From the NCBI GenBank assembly GCA_050701115.1, contig JBOHER010000435.1, positions 1 to 60,873 of the forward strand: 60,873 bases of DNA, read 5' to 3'. Positions 47,822 to 57,729 of the stretch are shown piece by piece (the stretch's first letter is position 1; each line of letters begins with the position of its first letter). The position numbers and the translations under genes are program-made. The DNA comes from Haloechinothrix sp. (GTDB lineage: Bacteria; Actinomycetota; Actinomycetes; Mycobacteriales; Pseudonocardiaceae). The notes under the pieces are model-generated. The model was not told the origin of the DNA. It saw only the letters and a list, made by a program, of their open reading frames with translations, and ran no database searches.

Positions 47822-49500
47822 TCCGCCGGGGTCGACGTCTCGGTCGGCTTCCCGGCCCGGCTCCGTTTCCGCGTGCGCTTGGGCTTGGGCTTGGCGGCAG
47901 CCTGCTCGCCGTTCTTCTGGGGTGCCGTCTTCTGGAGTGCCGCCTTCTGGGGTGCCGTCTTCTGGGGTGCCGTCTTCTGGGGTGCCGCGGCCTGCCCGGC
48001 ATCGGCCGCCTCGCGGGCCCCGGCCCTGGTGCGCTGGCGCGGCTTGCGCTGGCTCGTGCCCTGCTGCTTGTTCTGCCCGCCGCGCGACCGCTGCCCGCCA
48101 CGACCGCCGGAACGTCCGCGGCGACGATCGCCGAGATCCTCCTGCTCCTCGGCGGCCAGGCCCGCGCGGGTGCGCTTGGCCAGTGGCAGCCTGCCCGTCA
48201 CCCCTTCCGGAATTCCGAGGTCGGAGTACAGGTGCGACGACGTGGAGTAGGTCTCGATCGGGTCCGGCATGGCAAGACCGAGGGCATCGGAGATCAGCTT
48301 CCAGCGTGCTTCCTCGTCCCAGTCCACCAGGGTGACCGCGACCCCGGTCTTGCCGGCGCGGCCGGTCCGGCCGATCCGGTGAACGTAGTTCTTCTCGTCT
48401 TCCGGTGTCTGGTAGTTGATCACGTGCGTCACGTCTTCGACGTCGATGCCGCGGGCCGCGACGTCGGTGGCGACCAGGATGTCTACTTTGCCCGAGCGGA
48501 ACGCGCGCAGCGCCTGTTCGCGTGCCCCCTGCCCGAGGTCGCCGTGCACGGCGGCCGCGGCGAACCCACGCTCGGTGAGTTCGTCGGCCACCTTCTGCGC
48601 GGTGCGCTTGGTGCGGGTGAAGACCATGGTCAGGCCTCGGCCCTCCGCCTGCAGGGCGCGGGCGAGGAGTTCGGGCTTGTCCATCGAATGTGCCCGGTAG
48701 ACGAACTGGGTCGTGCGTTCGTGCACCGCGCCCGCGTCGGTTTCCTCGGCGCGGATGTGCGTCGGCCTGCTCAGGAAGGTGCGCGCCAGCGTGATGATCG
48801 GACCCGGCATGGTCGCCGAGAACAGCATGGTCTGGCGCTGCTCGGGGACCATCCGCAGGATGCGCTCGATGTCGGGCAGGAAGCCGAGGTCGAGCATCTC
48901 GTCCGCCTCGTCCAGCACCAGCCCGTTGATCTTGCCCAGTACCAGGTGCCGCTGCTCGGCGAGATCGAGCAGCCTGCCGGGGGTGCCGATCACCAGGTCG
49001 ACGCCCTTGCGCAGGGCCGCGATCTGGGGTTCGTAGGGCCGCCCGCCGTAGATCGCCAGGGTCCGGACGCCCAGATGCTTACCCGCGTCGGTGAGGTCGT
49101 GGGTGACCTGCAGGCACAGCTCGCGGGTCGGCACGACGACCAGCGCCTGTGGCGTGCCATCGCCGGGTGTCTGCGCGCGCTGCAGCAGCGGGACCCCGAA
49201 ACCGAGCGTCTTGCCCATGCCGGTGCGGGCTTGCCCGATCAGGTCCTCGCCCGCCAGCGCGAGCGGAAGGGTGAGCTCCTGGATGGCGAAGGTGCGCTCG
49301 ATGCCCGCCTCGGACAGCGCGCGCACGATCTCGTCCCGAACACCGAGCTCGGAGAACAACGGGGCTTCCGGCTTGACCGGAGCGCCCGCTTGCAATGGGT
49401 GGGAAGTATCGATGGGTGGGACGCCGGTTTCGCTGTGCTCTAGCGCGACAGGATCCGGTGTTCCGTTCGTACTGGTGGTCAGTGTGATCGCCTCTCTCAT
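47818..49500 (-). CDS. rhlE: DEAD-box ATP-dependent RNA helicase
   Basis: Q motif (F.ELGV...TFAIQ), AQARTGMGKT, PTRELC, DEAD (LDEADEM), SAT and HRIGRTGRAG. Basic RG-rich tail with pentapeptide repeats. Start set at ATG 49500. Confidence 0.9.
   Translation of the reverse strand: MREAITLTTSTNGTPDPVALEHSETGVPPIDTSHPLQAGAPVKPEAPLFSELGVRDEIVRALSEAGIERTFAIQELTLPLALAGEDLIGQARTGMGKTLGFGVPLLQRAQTPGDGTPQALVVVPTRELCLQVTHDLTDAGKHLGVRTLAIYGGRPYEPQIAALRKGVDLVIGTPGRLLDLAEQRHLVLGKINGLVLDEADEMLDLGFLPDIERILRMVPEQRQTMLFSATMPGPIITLARTFLSRPTHIRAEETDAGAVHERTTQFVYRAHSMDKPELLARALQAEGRGLTMVFTRTKRTAQKVADELTERGFAAAAVHGDLGQGAREQALRAFRSGKVDILVATDVAARGIDVEDVTHVINYQTPEDEKNYVHRIGRTGRAGKTGVAVTLVDWDEEARWKLISDALGLAMPDPIETYSTSSHLYSDLGIPEGVTGRLPLAKRTRAGLAAEEQEDLGDRRRGRSGGRGGQRSRGGQNKQQGTSQRKPRQRTRAGAREAADAGQAAAPQKTAPQKTAPQKAALQKTAPQKNGEQAAAKPKPKRTRKRSRAGKPTETSTPAE
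47914..47988. repeat. Five tandem 15-bp repeats inside the rhlE 3' region
   Basis: cttctgg(g/a)gtgccg(t/c) x5. Encodes (T/A)APQK-type pentapeptides (APQKTAPQKTAPQKAALQKTAPQK). Confidence 0.9.
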
Positions 49501-49772
49501 ACCAGCGCGCACAGCTGACGCCCGACTCGATCTCACCGACCTCACCGGTGCGGCCGTGTTGCCCGCTGGTGGTCGATTCGTTCGGCGTGAGGTTGTCCGT
49601 ATGACACTCGGGTGTGCACGCACTCTTCGTTCGCATCGGCTCCCGGCGCGCGCCAGTGTCGGGCTCGCTGGCCGGCGACCCTGGCAGCTCCCGCGACCAG
49701 GCTCTCAAGCGATGCGGTTATCACATTCGCTGCGGAGTCTACCTGGCCACCGAGAACGCTAAGGTAAGGCGC

Positions 49773-50444
49773 GTGGCTCAGGGACGTGCGGAAACCAGTT
49801 ACGGTGCGATCAGCTCGGGTGTCGCCGACCTGCTCGGGGTGCTCGCGTACGGCGAGTTGTCGGCGTTCGATCGGCTGGCGGAGGACGCCCGTAGCGCGCC
49901 GTCGCTGACCGGGCGCGCGGCGTTGGCCTCGATGGCGGCGGCCGAAATCGGTCATTACCGGCGACTGGAACAGCACCTGGCCGCGCACGGAGTTGCCGTC
50001 GAGGACGCGATGGCACCGTTCGTGACGCACATCGACGCCTTCCATGCCTCGACCGCTCCGAAGTCGTGGCTGGAATCACTGGTGAAGGCGTACGTGGGCG
50101 ACGGACTGGCCGCCGACCTGTACCGCGAGATGGCCGCGTGGCTGGACTCCGAGACCAAGGAACTGGTGCTCGGGGTGCTGGCGGACACCGGGCACTCGGC
50201 CTTCGCCGAGCGCGAGGTCGCCGCGGCGATCGCGATGGACTCGACCGTGCGCGACAAGCTGGCGCTCTGGGGCAGGCGGCTGCTCGGCGAGGCGCTCACC
50301 CAGGCGCAGTACGTGGTCGCCGAGCGGGACGGTCTCGCGGAGCTGATCGTGTCCGGCTCCGGTGACCTCTCCGGTATCGCCGGACTGTTCCGCAGGCTGC
50401 AGCAGGGGCACACCAAGCGGATGCAGGTCCTCGGGCTCGGCTGA
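49773..50444 (+). CDS. Ferritin-like fold protein (MiaE-like superfamily)
   Basis: [20 protein letters not shown]..., [15 protein letters not shown] and [13 protein letters not shown] are paired helix E/H motifs. GTG 49773 preferred over the track start 49614. Confidence 0.7.
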   Translation: MAQGRAETSYGAISSGVADLLGVLAYGELSAFDRLAEDARSAPSLTGRAALASMAAAEIGHYRRLEQHLAAHGVAVEDAMAPFVTHIDAFHASTAPKSWLESLVKAYVGDGLAADLYREMAAWLDSETKELVLGVLADTGHSAFAEREVAAAIAMDSTVRDKLALWGRRLLGEALTQAQYVVAERDGLAELIVSGSGDLSGIAGLFRRLQQGHTKRMQVLGLG

Positions 50445-50509
50445 GGCGTCCTGCCGTCCTGGGATAGCCTTGCTGTTGAGCAAGCTTTCGTCGACGCAGG
50501 AGGACACGC

Positions 50510-50740
50510 GTGGAGATCAAGATCGGCATTCGGGAGACTCCCCGTGAGCTCGTCGTGTCGAGCAACCAGTCGCCCGACGAGGTGGACGCGCTGATCTCCG
50601 ATGCGCTCGGCTCGGCCGACGGCATCCTGCGACTGACCGATGAGAAGGGCCGCAAGTTCCTGGTGCCCGCCGGGCGGATCGCCTACGTGGAGATCGGTCC
50701 GGTGGACAGCCGCAAGGTCGGCTTCGCCGTCGGCGGCTGA
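50510..50740 (+). CDS. DUF3107 domain-containing protein
   Basis: MEIKIGIRETPRELVVSSNQSPDEV...LRLTDEKGRKFLVPAGRIAYVEIG is the conserved small actinobacterial protein next to a TetR and rhlE. Confidence 0.85.
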   Translation: MEIKIGIRETPRELVVSSNQSPDEVDALISDALGSADGILRLTDEKGRKFLVPAGRIAYVEIGPVDSRKVGFAVGG

Positions 50741-50757
50741 GCGGAGCCCCCCGGGGC

Positions 50758-51540
50758 TTACTCGCTTTCGCCTGCGACCGACTGGATGAACTTGGTCCGC
50801 ACGGATGCGAGCTGAATGACCCGGTTCTCGTCGAGTGGCTTGTTCGGGTCGATGACCAGGCCGCCCTGCCTTGCGATGCCGTCGATGGCGGCCCAGATGA
50901 TCTGAGTGGTGTATTCCACCACGCTGTCCTTGCCCATGGAGCGGCGGTCCAGCCACCATTCCCCGGTGTTCTGCACCAGACCGACCACGCCGTAGGCCCA
51001 CGGCTCGGCCCCGCCGGAATCGAGGCCGAAGGTGCGCATGTAGTCGCCGAGCAGCGCGGTCACCGAGGTCGCGATGAACTCCTTGTCCTCGTTGACGATG
51101 TTGGAGTCCGGCGGGTGATCGCCGCTCGGGGCCGGGTGCACGAGCAAGCGGTACAGGTTCGGGTACTCCTCGATGGTTGTGAAGAACGCGTCGATCACCG
51201 AGCGGATCCGCGGCAGCGGGGCGAGCTCGTTGTTGAGCGCGGGCATCAGCCGGTTGAACAAGATCTTGGTGCCGTGCCGGCCCAGTGCGTCATACAGGTC
51301 CGCCTTGTCGGTGAAATGCCGGTACACGACGGGTTTGGTCACGCCTGCTTCCGCGGCGACGTGCTCCATGCCGAAGTCGATGCCGTGCTTGTCGAGCGCG
51401 CGCAGGGCAGCCTCGATGAACTCGGCCCTGCGCTCGATGCGATGCTTCTTCCACCGGTCCCTGCGGGCGTCGGGGGCGGGCTGCTGCTGCTTGCTGGGGT
51501 GCTTGCTACCGCGCTTGACACCATCGACCATGACGTTCAT
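50758..51540 (-). CDS. TetR/AcrR family transcriptional regulator
   Basis: HTH: FGMEHVAAEAGVTKPVVYRHFTDKADLY. Confidence 0.85.
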   Translation of the reverse strand: MNVMVDGVKRGSKHPSKQQQPAPDARRDRWKKHRIERRAEFIEAALRALDKHGIDFGMEHVAAEAGVTKPVVYRHFTDKADLYDALGRHGTKILFNRLMPALNNELAPLPRIRSVIDAFFTTIEEYPNLYRLLVHPAPSGDHPPDSNIVNEDKEFIATSVTALLGDYMRTFGLDSGGAEPWAYGVVGLVQNTGEWWLDRRSMGKDSVVEYTTQIIWAAIDGIARQGGLVIDPNKPLDENRVIQLASVRTKFIQSVAGESE

Positions 51541-51604
51541 GCTACCAAGTGGTAACCGTTACCGGCGGTCACAGATAGCGAACTTGTAGCAGAACGGTGG
51601 TCTA

Positions 51605-52555
51605 GTGAGCATCATGGAGCAACGACGCTCTGTCCAGGTGGTACCCGGCAGTGGCACGTCGTCGTGGGACCCGCGCGGTCCGGACCGATTCGTCACCAGC
51701 GACGGGACCGCGCTGCACGTGCGGACCTCCGGCCCCGCCGATACCGCGCTCACCGTGATGTTCGTGCACGGCTGGACCCAGGACAACACCTGCTGGGACC
51801 CGATCGTGGCCGCCCTGCCCGATGACGTCCGGGTGATCCGCCACGACCACCGCGGCCACGGCGCATCCGCTCCGGCACGCGAGGGCACCAGGACGCTCGA
51901 ACAGATCGCCGACGACCTCGCCGAGCTGATCGCCGACCGGGTACCCGACGGCCCGCTCGTGCTGGTCGGCCACTCGATGGGCGGCATGACCATTATGGCG
52001 CTCGCCGAGCGACACCCCGCGCTTGTTGACGACCGGGTCGCCGGCGTGGCGTTCGTCGCAACGTCGTCGGGCCAGATGGACCGGCTCACCCTCGGCCTGC
52101 CCGGGATGGCAGGCCGCTCGGTCCCGCGGGTGGAACGGATCCTCAAGGTGCTGCTGGAGAAGCGGCGCAAGGACACCCTGCCCGGCAACCCGAAGGTGCT
52201 CAGCCCCGCCGCTCGGTGGCTGGTCTTCGGCAGGAAGGCCAAGCAGGCCGATGTGGTCGAGGTGACCCGCCAGGCGCTGCGGGCGCACCCGGCGAGCATC
52301 GCGGGCTTCCGGGACGCGATCGGTACGCACAATCGGCGCGTCGCGCTGGGCGCCTTGTGCGACAAGCCGACCGTGGTCCTGGTCGGCGACCGCGACCGGC
52401 TCTGCCCGGTCGCGCACGCCAAGGTGATCGCCGACGAACTGCGGGACACCCGGTACGTGCTGTTTCCCGGTGCCGGTCACATGCTGATGTACGAACGGGC
52501 CGACGAGGTCGCGGCGCGGATCAACGCGCTGATTCGGGTCGCCGCCGCGCGGTGA
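51605..52555 (+). CDS. Alpha/beta hydrolase
   Basis: VHGW oxyanion region, GHSMGG nucleophile elbow, and a C-terminal GAGHM histidine region. Confidence 0.85.
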   Translation: MSIMEQRRSVQVVPGSGTSSWDPRGPDRFVTSDGTALHVRTSGPADTALTVMFVHGWTQDNTCWDPIVAALPDDVRVIRHDHRGHGASAPAREGTRTLEQIADDLAELIADRVPDGPLVLVGHSMGGMTIMALAERHPALVDDRVAGVAFVATSSGQMDRLTLGLPGMAGRSVPRVERILKVLLEKRRKDTLPGNPKVLSPAARWLVFGRKAKQADVVEVTRQALRAHPASIAGFRDAIGTHNRRVALGALCDKPTVVLVGDRDRLCPVAHAKVIADELRDTRYVLFPGAGHMLMYERADEVAARINALIRVAAAR

Positions 52556-52608
52556 TCGAGTTCCGACCACTGTTGCCGGTCGAGCCGAAGTCAAAGGGGA
52601 TATCTGTC

Positions 52609-53040
52609 ATGCGCAAGACCCTTGTCGCCGCGATGCTGGCGGCACCCGTCCTGGCGCTCGCCGGATGCGGGGAGCAGGCGAACCAGGACGCCTCCCACGG
52701 CGACCATCCACCCGCCGCCACCTCCGCCCCGGCGAGTCCTGCCGCTCCGGCCACCGAGACGGAGCAGGCCGAGCAAGACGATGTCCAGCGGTTCACCGTC
52801 GAGGGCGGCAAGCGGACCAAGGGGCCTGACCGGATCGAGGTCGGCGCCGGCGACACGGTCACCATCGAGGTGACCTCCGATACGGCCGATGAGTTGCACG
52901 TGCACGGCTACGACGAGGTGCTCGAACTGACTCCGGGCGAGCAGGCGACGCTGGAGTTCACCGCCGACATCCCCGGCGTGTTCGAGATCGAACTGCACGG
53001 CAGCGGTGGCCTGGTGGCCCAGCTTCGAGTGACCCAGTGA
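52609..53040 (+). CDS. Cupredoxin-like lipoprotein
   Basis: Lipobox LALAGC, a Pro/Ala linker, then IEVGAGDTVTIEVTSDTADELHVHGYDEVLELTPGEQATLEFTADIPGVFEIELH. SD AAGGGGA at 52594-52600. Confidence 0.7.
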   Translation: MRKTLVAAMLAAPVLALAGCGEQANQDASHGDHPPAATSAPASPAAPATETEQAEQDDVQRFTVEGGKRTKGPDRIEVGAGDTVTIEVTSDTADELHVHGYDEVLELTPGEQATLEFTADIPGVFEIELHGSGGLVAQLRVTQ

Positions 53041-53050
53041 CGGTGATCTG

Positions 53051-54385
53051 GTGATTCTCGCGCACGGGCTCGGCGGCCGATCCGACCTGCCTGTTCCGCT
53101 GTGGCTGGCGCTGTACGCGGGTGCCGCCGCGGTGCTGGTGTCGTTCTTCGCGCTGGCCGCGCTGTGGACGACGCCGAAACTGCGCGGGGCACAGGGTGGC
53201 GTCGCGCTGCCTGGGGGGTTCGAGCGGATCGCCGACGCTCGGGCCAGCCGGATCGGCCTGCGGATCGTCGGATTGCTGCTGCTCGGGTTGCTGCTCGCCA
53301 CCGCGTGGTCGGGCACCGACAGCTCATCGACCAACCCCGCGGCGACCTGGTTCTATGTGTGGTTCTGGGTGGCGCTGGTGCCGCTGTCGTTGCTGGCGGG
53401 CCCGATCTGGCGGCTGCTCAACCCGTTGCGCACGCTGGCGGCGGGCGTGCGTGCGCTGCCGCCGCTGCGACCGGGTGGTGCGTGGTCGCGTCCACTGCCG
53501 CAGCGCATCGGTTACCTGCCCGCGATCGCCGGGTTGGTGGCCTTCCTGTGGCTCGAACTCGTCTACGACCACTCCGACTCGCCACGGGCGATCGCGGTCT
53601 TCGTGACGGTGTACGCGGCAGTGCACGTTGTGGCCGGCGCGGTGTATGGGCCGCGCTGGTTCGCCCACGGCGACGCCTTCGAGGTGTACTTCGGCCTGGT
53701 CGCCTGCCTGTCCCCGGTGGGGCGGCAAGAGGGCGGCAGGCTGGTGCTGCGCAATCCGCTGGACGGGCTGCTCACGGTCGAGCGGTCGGCGGGCTTGACC
53801 CCGCTGGTGCTCGTCGTGCTCGGTTCGACGGCCTTCGACGGGCTCACCCGGCTGCCGATCTGGATCGACCTCACCCGGGACGTCGACGGTCTGGCGTCGG
53901 CGCTGCTCGGCACCGCGGGGCTGGCCGCCGCCATCGGAGCGATCTCGGTCATCTACCTGGGTGGAATCTGGCTGACCCGTCCCTACCTGCGCAAGTCCGT
54001 CGACGGGGGGCCGGTCGATCCGTACGGTTCGTTCGCGCACGCGCTGATCCCGATCATGATCGGCTACACCGTCGCGCACTACTTCTCGTTCGCGGTGTTC
54101 GAGGGTCAGCCAGGGGTGTTCCTGGCGTCCGACCCGTTCGCCCTCGGCTGGGATCTGTTCGGCACCGCGGGCCGGTCGATCGACTACACCCTGGTGTCGA
54201 CCACGACCATCGCATTGGTGCAGGTGGCGGGCATCGTGATCGGTCACATCCTCGGGGTCACCTCGGCGCACGACAAGGCGATCGGCATCGTGCGGCGAAA
54301 GTATGTGAAGGTAGGGCAGTACCCCATGCTCGCCGTGATGGTCGCCTACACCGCGACGGGCATCGCCCTGGTCGCGGGAGCGTGA
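53051..54385 (+). CDS. Polytopic membrane protein (conserved partner of the cupredoxin-like lipoprotein)
   Basis: About 12 TM helices. N-terminus ILAHGLGGRSDLPVPLWL. Function unknown. Confidence 0.65.
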   Translation: MILAHGLGGRSDLPVPLWLALYAGAAAVLVSFFALAALWTTPKLRGAQGGVALPGGFERIADARASRIGLRIVGLLLLGLLLATAWSGTDSSSTNPAATWFYVWFWVALVPLSLLAGPIWRLLNPLRTLAAGVRALPPLRPGGAWSRPLPQRIGYLPAIAGLVAFLWLELVYDHSDSPRAIAVFVTVYAAVHVVAGAVYGPRWFAHGDAFEVYFGLVACLSPVGRQEGGRLVLRNPLDGLLTVERSAGLTPLVLVVLGSTAFDGLTRLPIWIDLTRDVDGLASALLGTAGLAAAIGAISVIYLGGIWLTRPYLRKSVDGGPVDPYGSFAHALIPIMIGYTVAHYFSFAVFEGQPGVFLASDPFALGWDLFGTAGRSIDYTLVSTTTIALVQVAGIVIGHILGVTSAHDKAIGIVRRKYVKVGQYPMLAVMVAYTATGIALVAGA

Positions 54386-54391
54386 CGCACG

Positions 54392-54562
54392 ATGTCGTTG
54401 GCGGCGCGGGTTGTGATGATGCACCAAGGCGGCTGGGACGAGATCACGCTCGTCGTCGGCCCCCTGGTGATCATCGCCGTGCTGATCATCGTGGCGCGCA
54501 AGCAGGTACCCGTCGACGGTGAGGACGACGACGAGGAGGACGACGACGAGGACGACCGCTAA
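54392..54562 (+). CDS. Candidate 56-aa single-pass protein with poly-acidic tail
   Basis: Not in the ORF track (under 60 aa). MSLAARVVMMHQGGWDEITLVVGPLVIIAVLIIVARKQVPVDGEDDDEEDDDEDDR*. Starts 7 nt after the membrane-protein stop. Start may be ATG 54416/54419. Confidence 0.4.
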   Translation: MSLAARVVMMHQGGWDEITLVVGPLVIIAVLIIVARKQVPVDGEDDDEEDDDEDDR

Positions 54563-55206
54563 TGCTGCAGGGGGAAGCCCGCGCCGATGCCGCGCCAGGC
54601 AAGCGTGGCGATCAGGGCGACCGCTTCGTCCCGGTCGATCGTGTTGGGGTTCTCCAGCCAGTACCGGGCGCTGACCTGGCTGAGGCCGACCAAGCCGGAG
54701 GCCAGCAGCCGTGCCCGGTCGGGATCGAGTCCGGCGTCCGCGGTGATCGTTTCCGTGATGGCGTCGACGTTCGCCGCCGTCGCCCGTTCCACCGCTCGCT
54801 GCACGTCGGGTTCGCCCCGCAGATCGGATTCGAACACCATGCGGAACGCGCCGGTGTCGGCGTTGACGAAGTCGTAGAACGCCCCGACAGCCGCCTTCAC
54901 CCGCTGCTTGTTGTCGGTGGTGGATTCCAGCGCCCGCTTGACGCCTGCCACCAACTCGTCGACGTGACTTTCCAGCAGCGCGATGTAGAGCTCGAGTTTG
55001 CCCGGGAAATGTTGGTAGAGCACCGGCTTGGACACCCCGGCGTGCTCGGCGATCTCGTCCATGGCCGCCGCGTGGTAGCCGTTGGCCGAGAAAATGTCCT
55101 GGGCGGCGGCCAGCAACTGGGCACGGCGCTTCGACCGGGGCAGTCGTACGCCGCGGGCGAACTGGCCCAGTCTTGCGGCACCGGTCAAACGTGCCACCTC
55201 GGTCAT
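54559..55206 (-). CDS. TetR/AcrR family transcriptional regulator
   Basis: HTH: AAMDEIAEHAGVSKPVLYQHFPGKLELY. ATG 55206 preferred over the longer track ORF. Confidence 0.85.
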   Translation of the reverse strand: MTEVARLTGAARLGQFARGVRLPRSKRRAQLLAAAQDIFSANGYHAAAMDEIAEHAGVSKPVLYQHFPGKLELYIALLESHVDELVAGVKRALESTTDNKQRVKAAVGAFYDFVNADTGAFRMVFESDLRGEPDVQRAVERATAANVDAITETITADAGLDPDRARLLASGLVGLSQVSARYWLENPNTIDRDEAVALIATLAWRGIGAGFPLQH

Positions 55207-55336
55207 GCGTCCTCCGTGTTCTGCGCGGCCAACGGCAGGGGGTCGCCCTCGATCGGTCAAGGTTGACATTACCGGGCGGTAGCCCCTGCCCGGCAAGGTC
55301 TGCGTGGTAATGCTGTCATGAGCGCACCAGAGCTGG

Positions 55337-56356
55337 ATGCGGCATCCTGGTCAGATGACAGACACTCGGCGCGACCAGAGCGAACACCTGCTGCCCGGTC
55401 AGTTGCCTGCGCCGAAGGCCGAACTCCCCCCGCTGGACGAGTCGCAGCCGCCGTGGCAGGGCCGGGTGGAGACGGTGGGCGGGCTGCGCGTGCACGTGCG
55501 CAGGTCCGATCCTTCGGCCACCCCGCAGAACGCACCCACCGCCGTCTACGTGCACGGACTCGGCGGATCCTCGACCAACTGGACCGATCTCGGTGCCCAA
55601 CTGGCGCCGTGGGCGAGCGGCATCGCCCTCGACCTGCCCGGCTTCGGATTCAGTGAGCCCGATCGCGATTTCGATTTCAGCCTTGCCGCTCAGGTCGCGG
55701 CGCTGGAACGGTACGTGGCCGGGCTGGACGTCGGTCCGGTGCACCTGCTCGGCAACTCGATGGGCGGGGCGATCTCGGCCCTGTTCGCGGCCCGCAGGCC
55801 GGACCTGGTTCGCACGTTGACGCTGATCTCGCCCGCGGTGCCGGACCTCCGGCCCGATCCGCGGCGGTTGTCCGACCCCAGGATGGCGCTGGCCTTCCTG
55901 CCGCTGGTCGGTCCACGCGCGCGGAGGCAACTGGCCGCGCTCACCCCTCGGCAGCGCGCCCAGCAGGTCATCGAACTGTGTTTCGCCGATCCCAGCGCGT
56001 TCCCGCAGCGGCGACTGGACGAACTCGCCGAGGAGCATGGCGCCCGGATGGCGCTGAAGTGGGCGACGCCCGCGCTCGCCCGCAGCACAGTGCAGATCTT
56101 CCGGACCTGGCTCACGCCCGGCGGCGGTTCCTTGTGGTCGGTGCTGCCCGGGATCACCGCGCCCACGCTGGTCATCTGGGGCACCGAGGACAAGGTGGTA
56201 TCCGTACGGAAGGCGGAACGTGCCGCGAAGGCCCTGCCCAACGGGCGGTTGCTCGTGCTGCCACGGACCGGCCACGTCGCCCAGATGGAGCGACCCGCCG
56301 AGGTGGCTCGGGCCGTGCTCGGCATGTGGCACGCGGTCGAGGACGGTCGTTGGTGA
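55337..56356 (+). CDS. Alpha/beta fold hydrolase
   Basis: VHGLGGSSTNW, GNSMGG and GHVAQMERP. Confidence 0.85.
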   Translation: MRHPGQMTDTRRDQSEHLLPGQLPAPKAELPPLDESQPPWQGRVETVGGLRVHVRRSDPSATPQNAPTAVYVHGLGGSSTNWTDLGAQLAPWASGIALDLPGFGFSEPDRDFDFSLAAQVAALERYVAGLDVGPVHLLGNSMGGAISALFAARRPDLVRTLTLISPAVPDLRPDPRRLSDPRMALAFLPLVGPRARRQLAALTPRQRAQQVIELCFADPSAFPQRRLDELAEEHGARMALKWATPALARSTVQIFRTWLTPGGGSLWSVLPGITAPTLVIWGTEDKVVSVRKAERAAKALPNGRLLVLPRTGHVAQMERPAEVARAVLGMWHAVEDGRW

Positions 56357-56423
56357 TGTTCGCTGTGCTGCCTGCCCCGCCGGTCGACGAGGTCAAACGC
56401 GTCGGATATGGCAGGCTGGAGGC

Positions 56424-57605
56424 GTGAATCGGGCAGCCAGCGGAGCACGCGGCGACCGGCAGCGTACGCCCCATTCGGCGACGTCCCGGCGCTCGTTCGA
56501 CGCCGGTGTGGGCGCGGGCACGCGGGCCGCGGATCGTCGTGGCGTCCCACGGCCCCGCATCCCTTCCCGGCTACCCGAGGATCGCTACCGGCCGGGTACC
56601 CGCCGAACCGGCGCCGAGCCGCTGCGCGCCTCGTGGCGTCCCCGCGCCGGACGGCCGCCCGCCGCTCCCGGCGGCGAGCCGGGCAATAACCGCAAGGCTC
56701 CTCCGTCCCGGCTGCGCCGTGTGGTCGGCACCTACGGCTGGCGCACCTACGCGTTGCCGATCCTGATGGTGCTGACCGTGATCGTCGTGTTCGACACCGC
56801 TGGTGGTTCGGATGAGCCGCCACGGACCACAGGCCAGGCCCTGTCGGGGCCGTCGGCAGGCCGCAATGGTGGCCCGGCGGCCACCGGCGCCCCCGCGGCG
56901 ACCGAGAATCCCGCGCAGCCTGCCGACCTGAAGATCCCGACCGCGGAGTTGCCCGAGGGAGGCGACTTCACGCGGGAAGGCAAGGGCACCTGGCATGTCA
57001 TCGACGGCAAGGGCGAGAGGGCGGGCACCGGTGGCAAGGTCTACACCTACACCGTCGAGGTCGAGGACGGCATCGATCAGGCCAGCTACGGCGGCGATGA
57101 CGCCTTCGCCGCGATGGTCGAGGCGACCCTGTCCGACTCGCGTGGCTGGATCGGCGATGGCAACGTGGCGTTCCAGCGGGTCGACGGCGACAAGGAGCCG
57201 GACTTCCGGATCAGCCTGACCACCCCTGAGACCGACCATCGGCCCGATGTCTGTGGCTACACCATCAAGTACGAAGCGTCCTGCTACCGGCGCAGCCTGA
57301 ATCGAGTGGTGATCAATTTGGCTCGGTGGGTGCGCGGTGCGGCGGCCTTCAATGCCGATCTCGGCAGCTACCGGCAGTACGCCATCAACCATGAGGTGGG
57401 GCACGTGCTGGGCAACGGTCACGTCGGGTGCCCCAAGGACGACGCGCTCGCTCCGGTGATGATGCAGCAGAGCTTCGGGGTGTCCAACAACTACGTCGCC
57501 AAGCTGAACAAGGCCGACCCCGGCAACTATGGCGCGGTGCCGCGGGACGGCAAGACGTGTAAGCCCAATGCGTGGCCCAACCCGGATGTGCAGCCGCCCG
57601 GCTGA
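56424..57605 (+). CDS. DUF3152 domain-containing zinc metalloprotease-like protein
   Basis: Arg-rich N-terminus, TM helix, then YTVEVEDG... and HEVGHVLGNGH (HExxH). GTG 56424 chosen. Confidence 0.75.
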   Translation: MNRAASGARGDRQRTPHSATSRRSFDAGVGAGTRAADRRGVPRPRIPSRLPEDRYRPGTRRTGAEPLRASWRPRAGRPPAAPGGEPGNNRKAPPSRLRRVVGTYGWRTYALPILMVLTVIVVFDTAGGSDEPPRTTGQALSGPSAGRNGGPAATGAPAATENPAQPADLKIPTAELPEGGDFTREGKGTWHVIDGKGERAGTGGKVYTYTVEVEDGIDQASYGGDDAFAAMVEATLSDSRGWIGDGNVAFQRVDGDKEPDFRISLTTPETDHRPDVCGYTIKYEASCYRRSLNRVVINLARWVRGAAAFNADLGSYRQYAINHEVGHVLGNGHVGCPKDDALAPVMMQQSFGVSNNYVAKLNKADPGNYGAVPRDGKTCKPNAWPNPDVQPPG

Positions 57606-57729
57606 GCGGTCCGGGCGTCCAGCATGTGGACGCCCGCAGCATGATGTGGACAACGGAACAGGTTCCGCTGTGTCGTTGTTGTGGATACTGGAAGGTGCTG
57701 GAAGATCGCGCTATGTGGATGGAGCTGCA

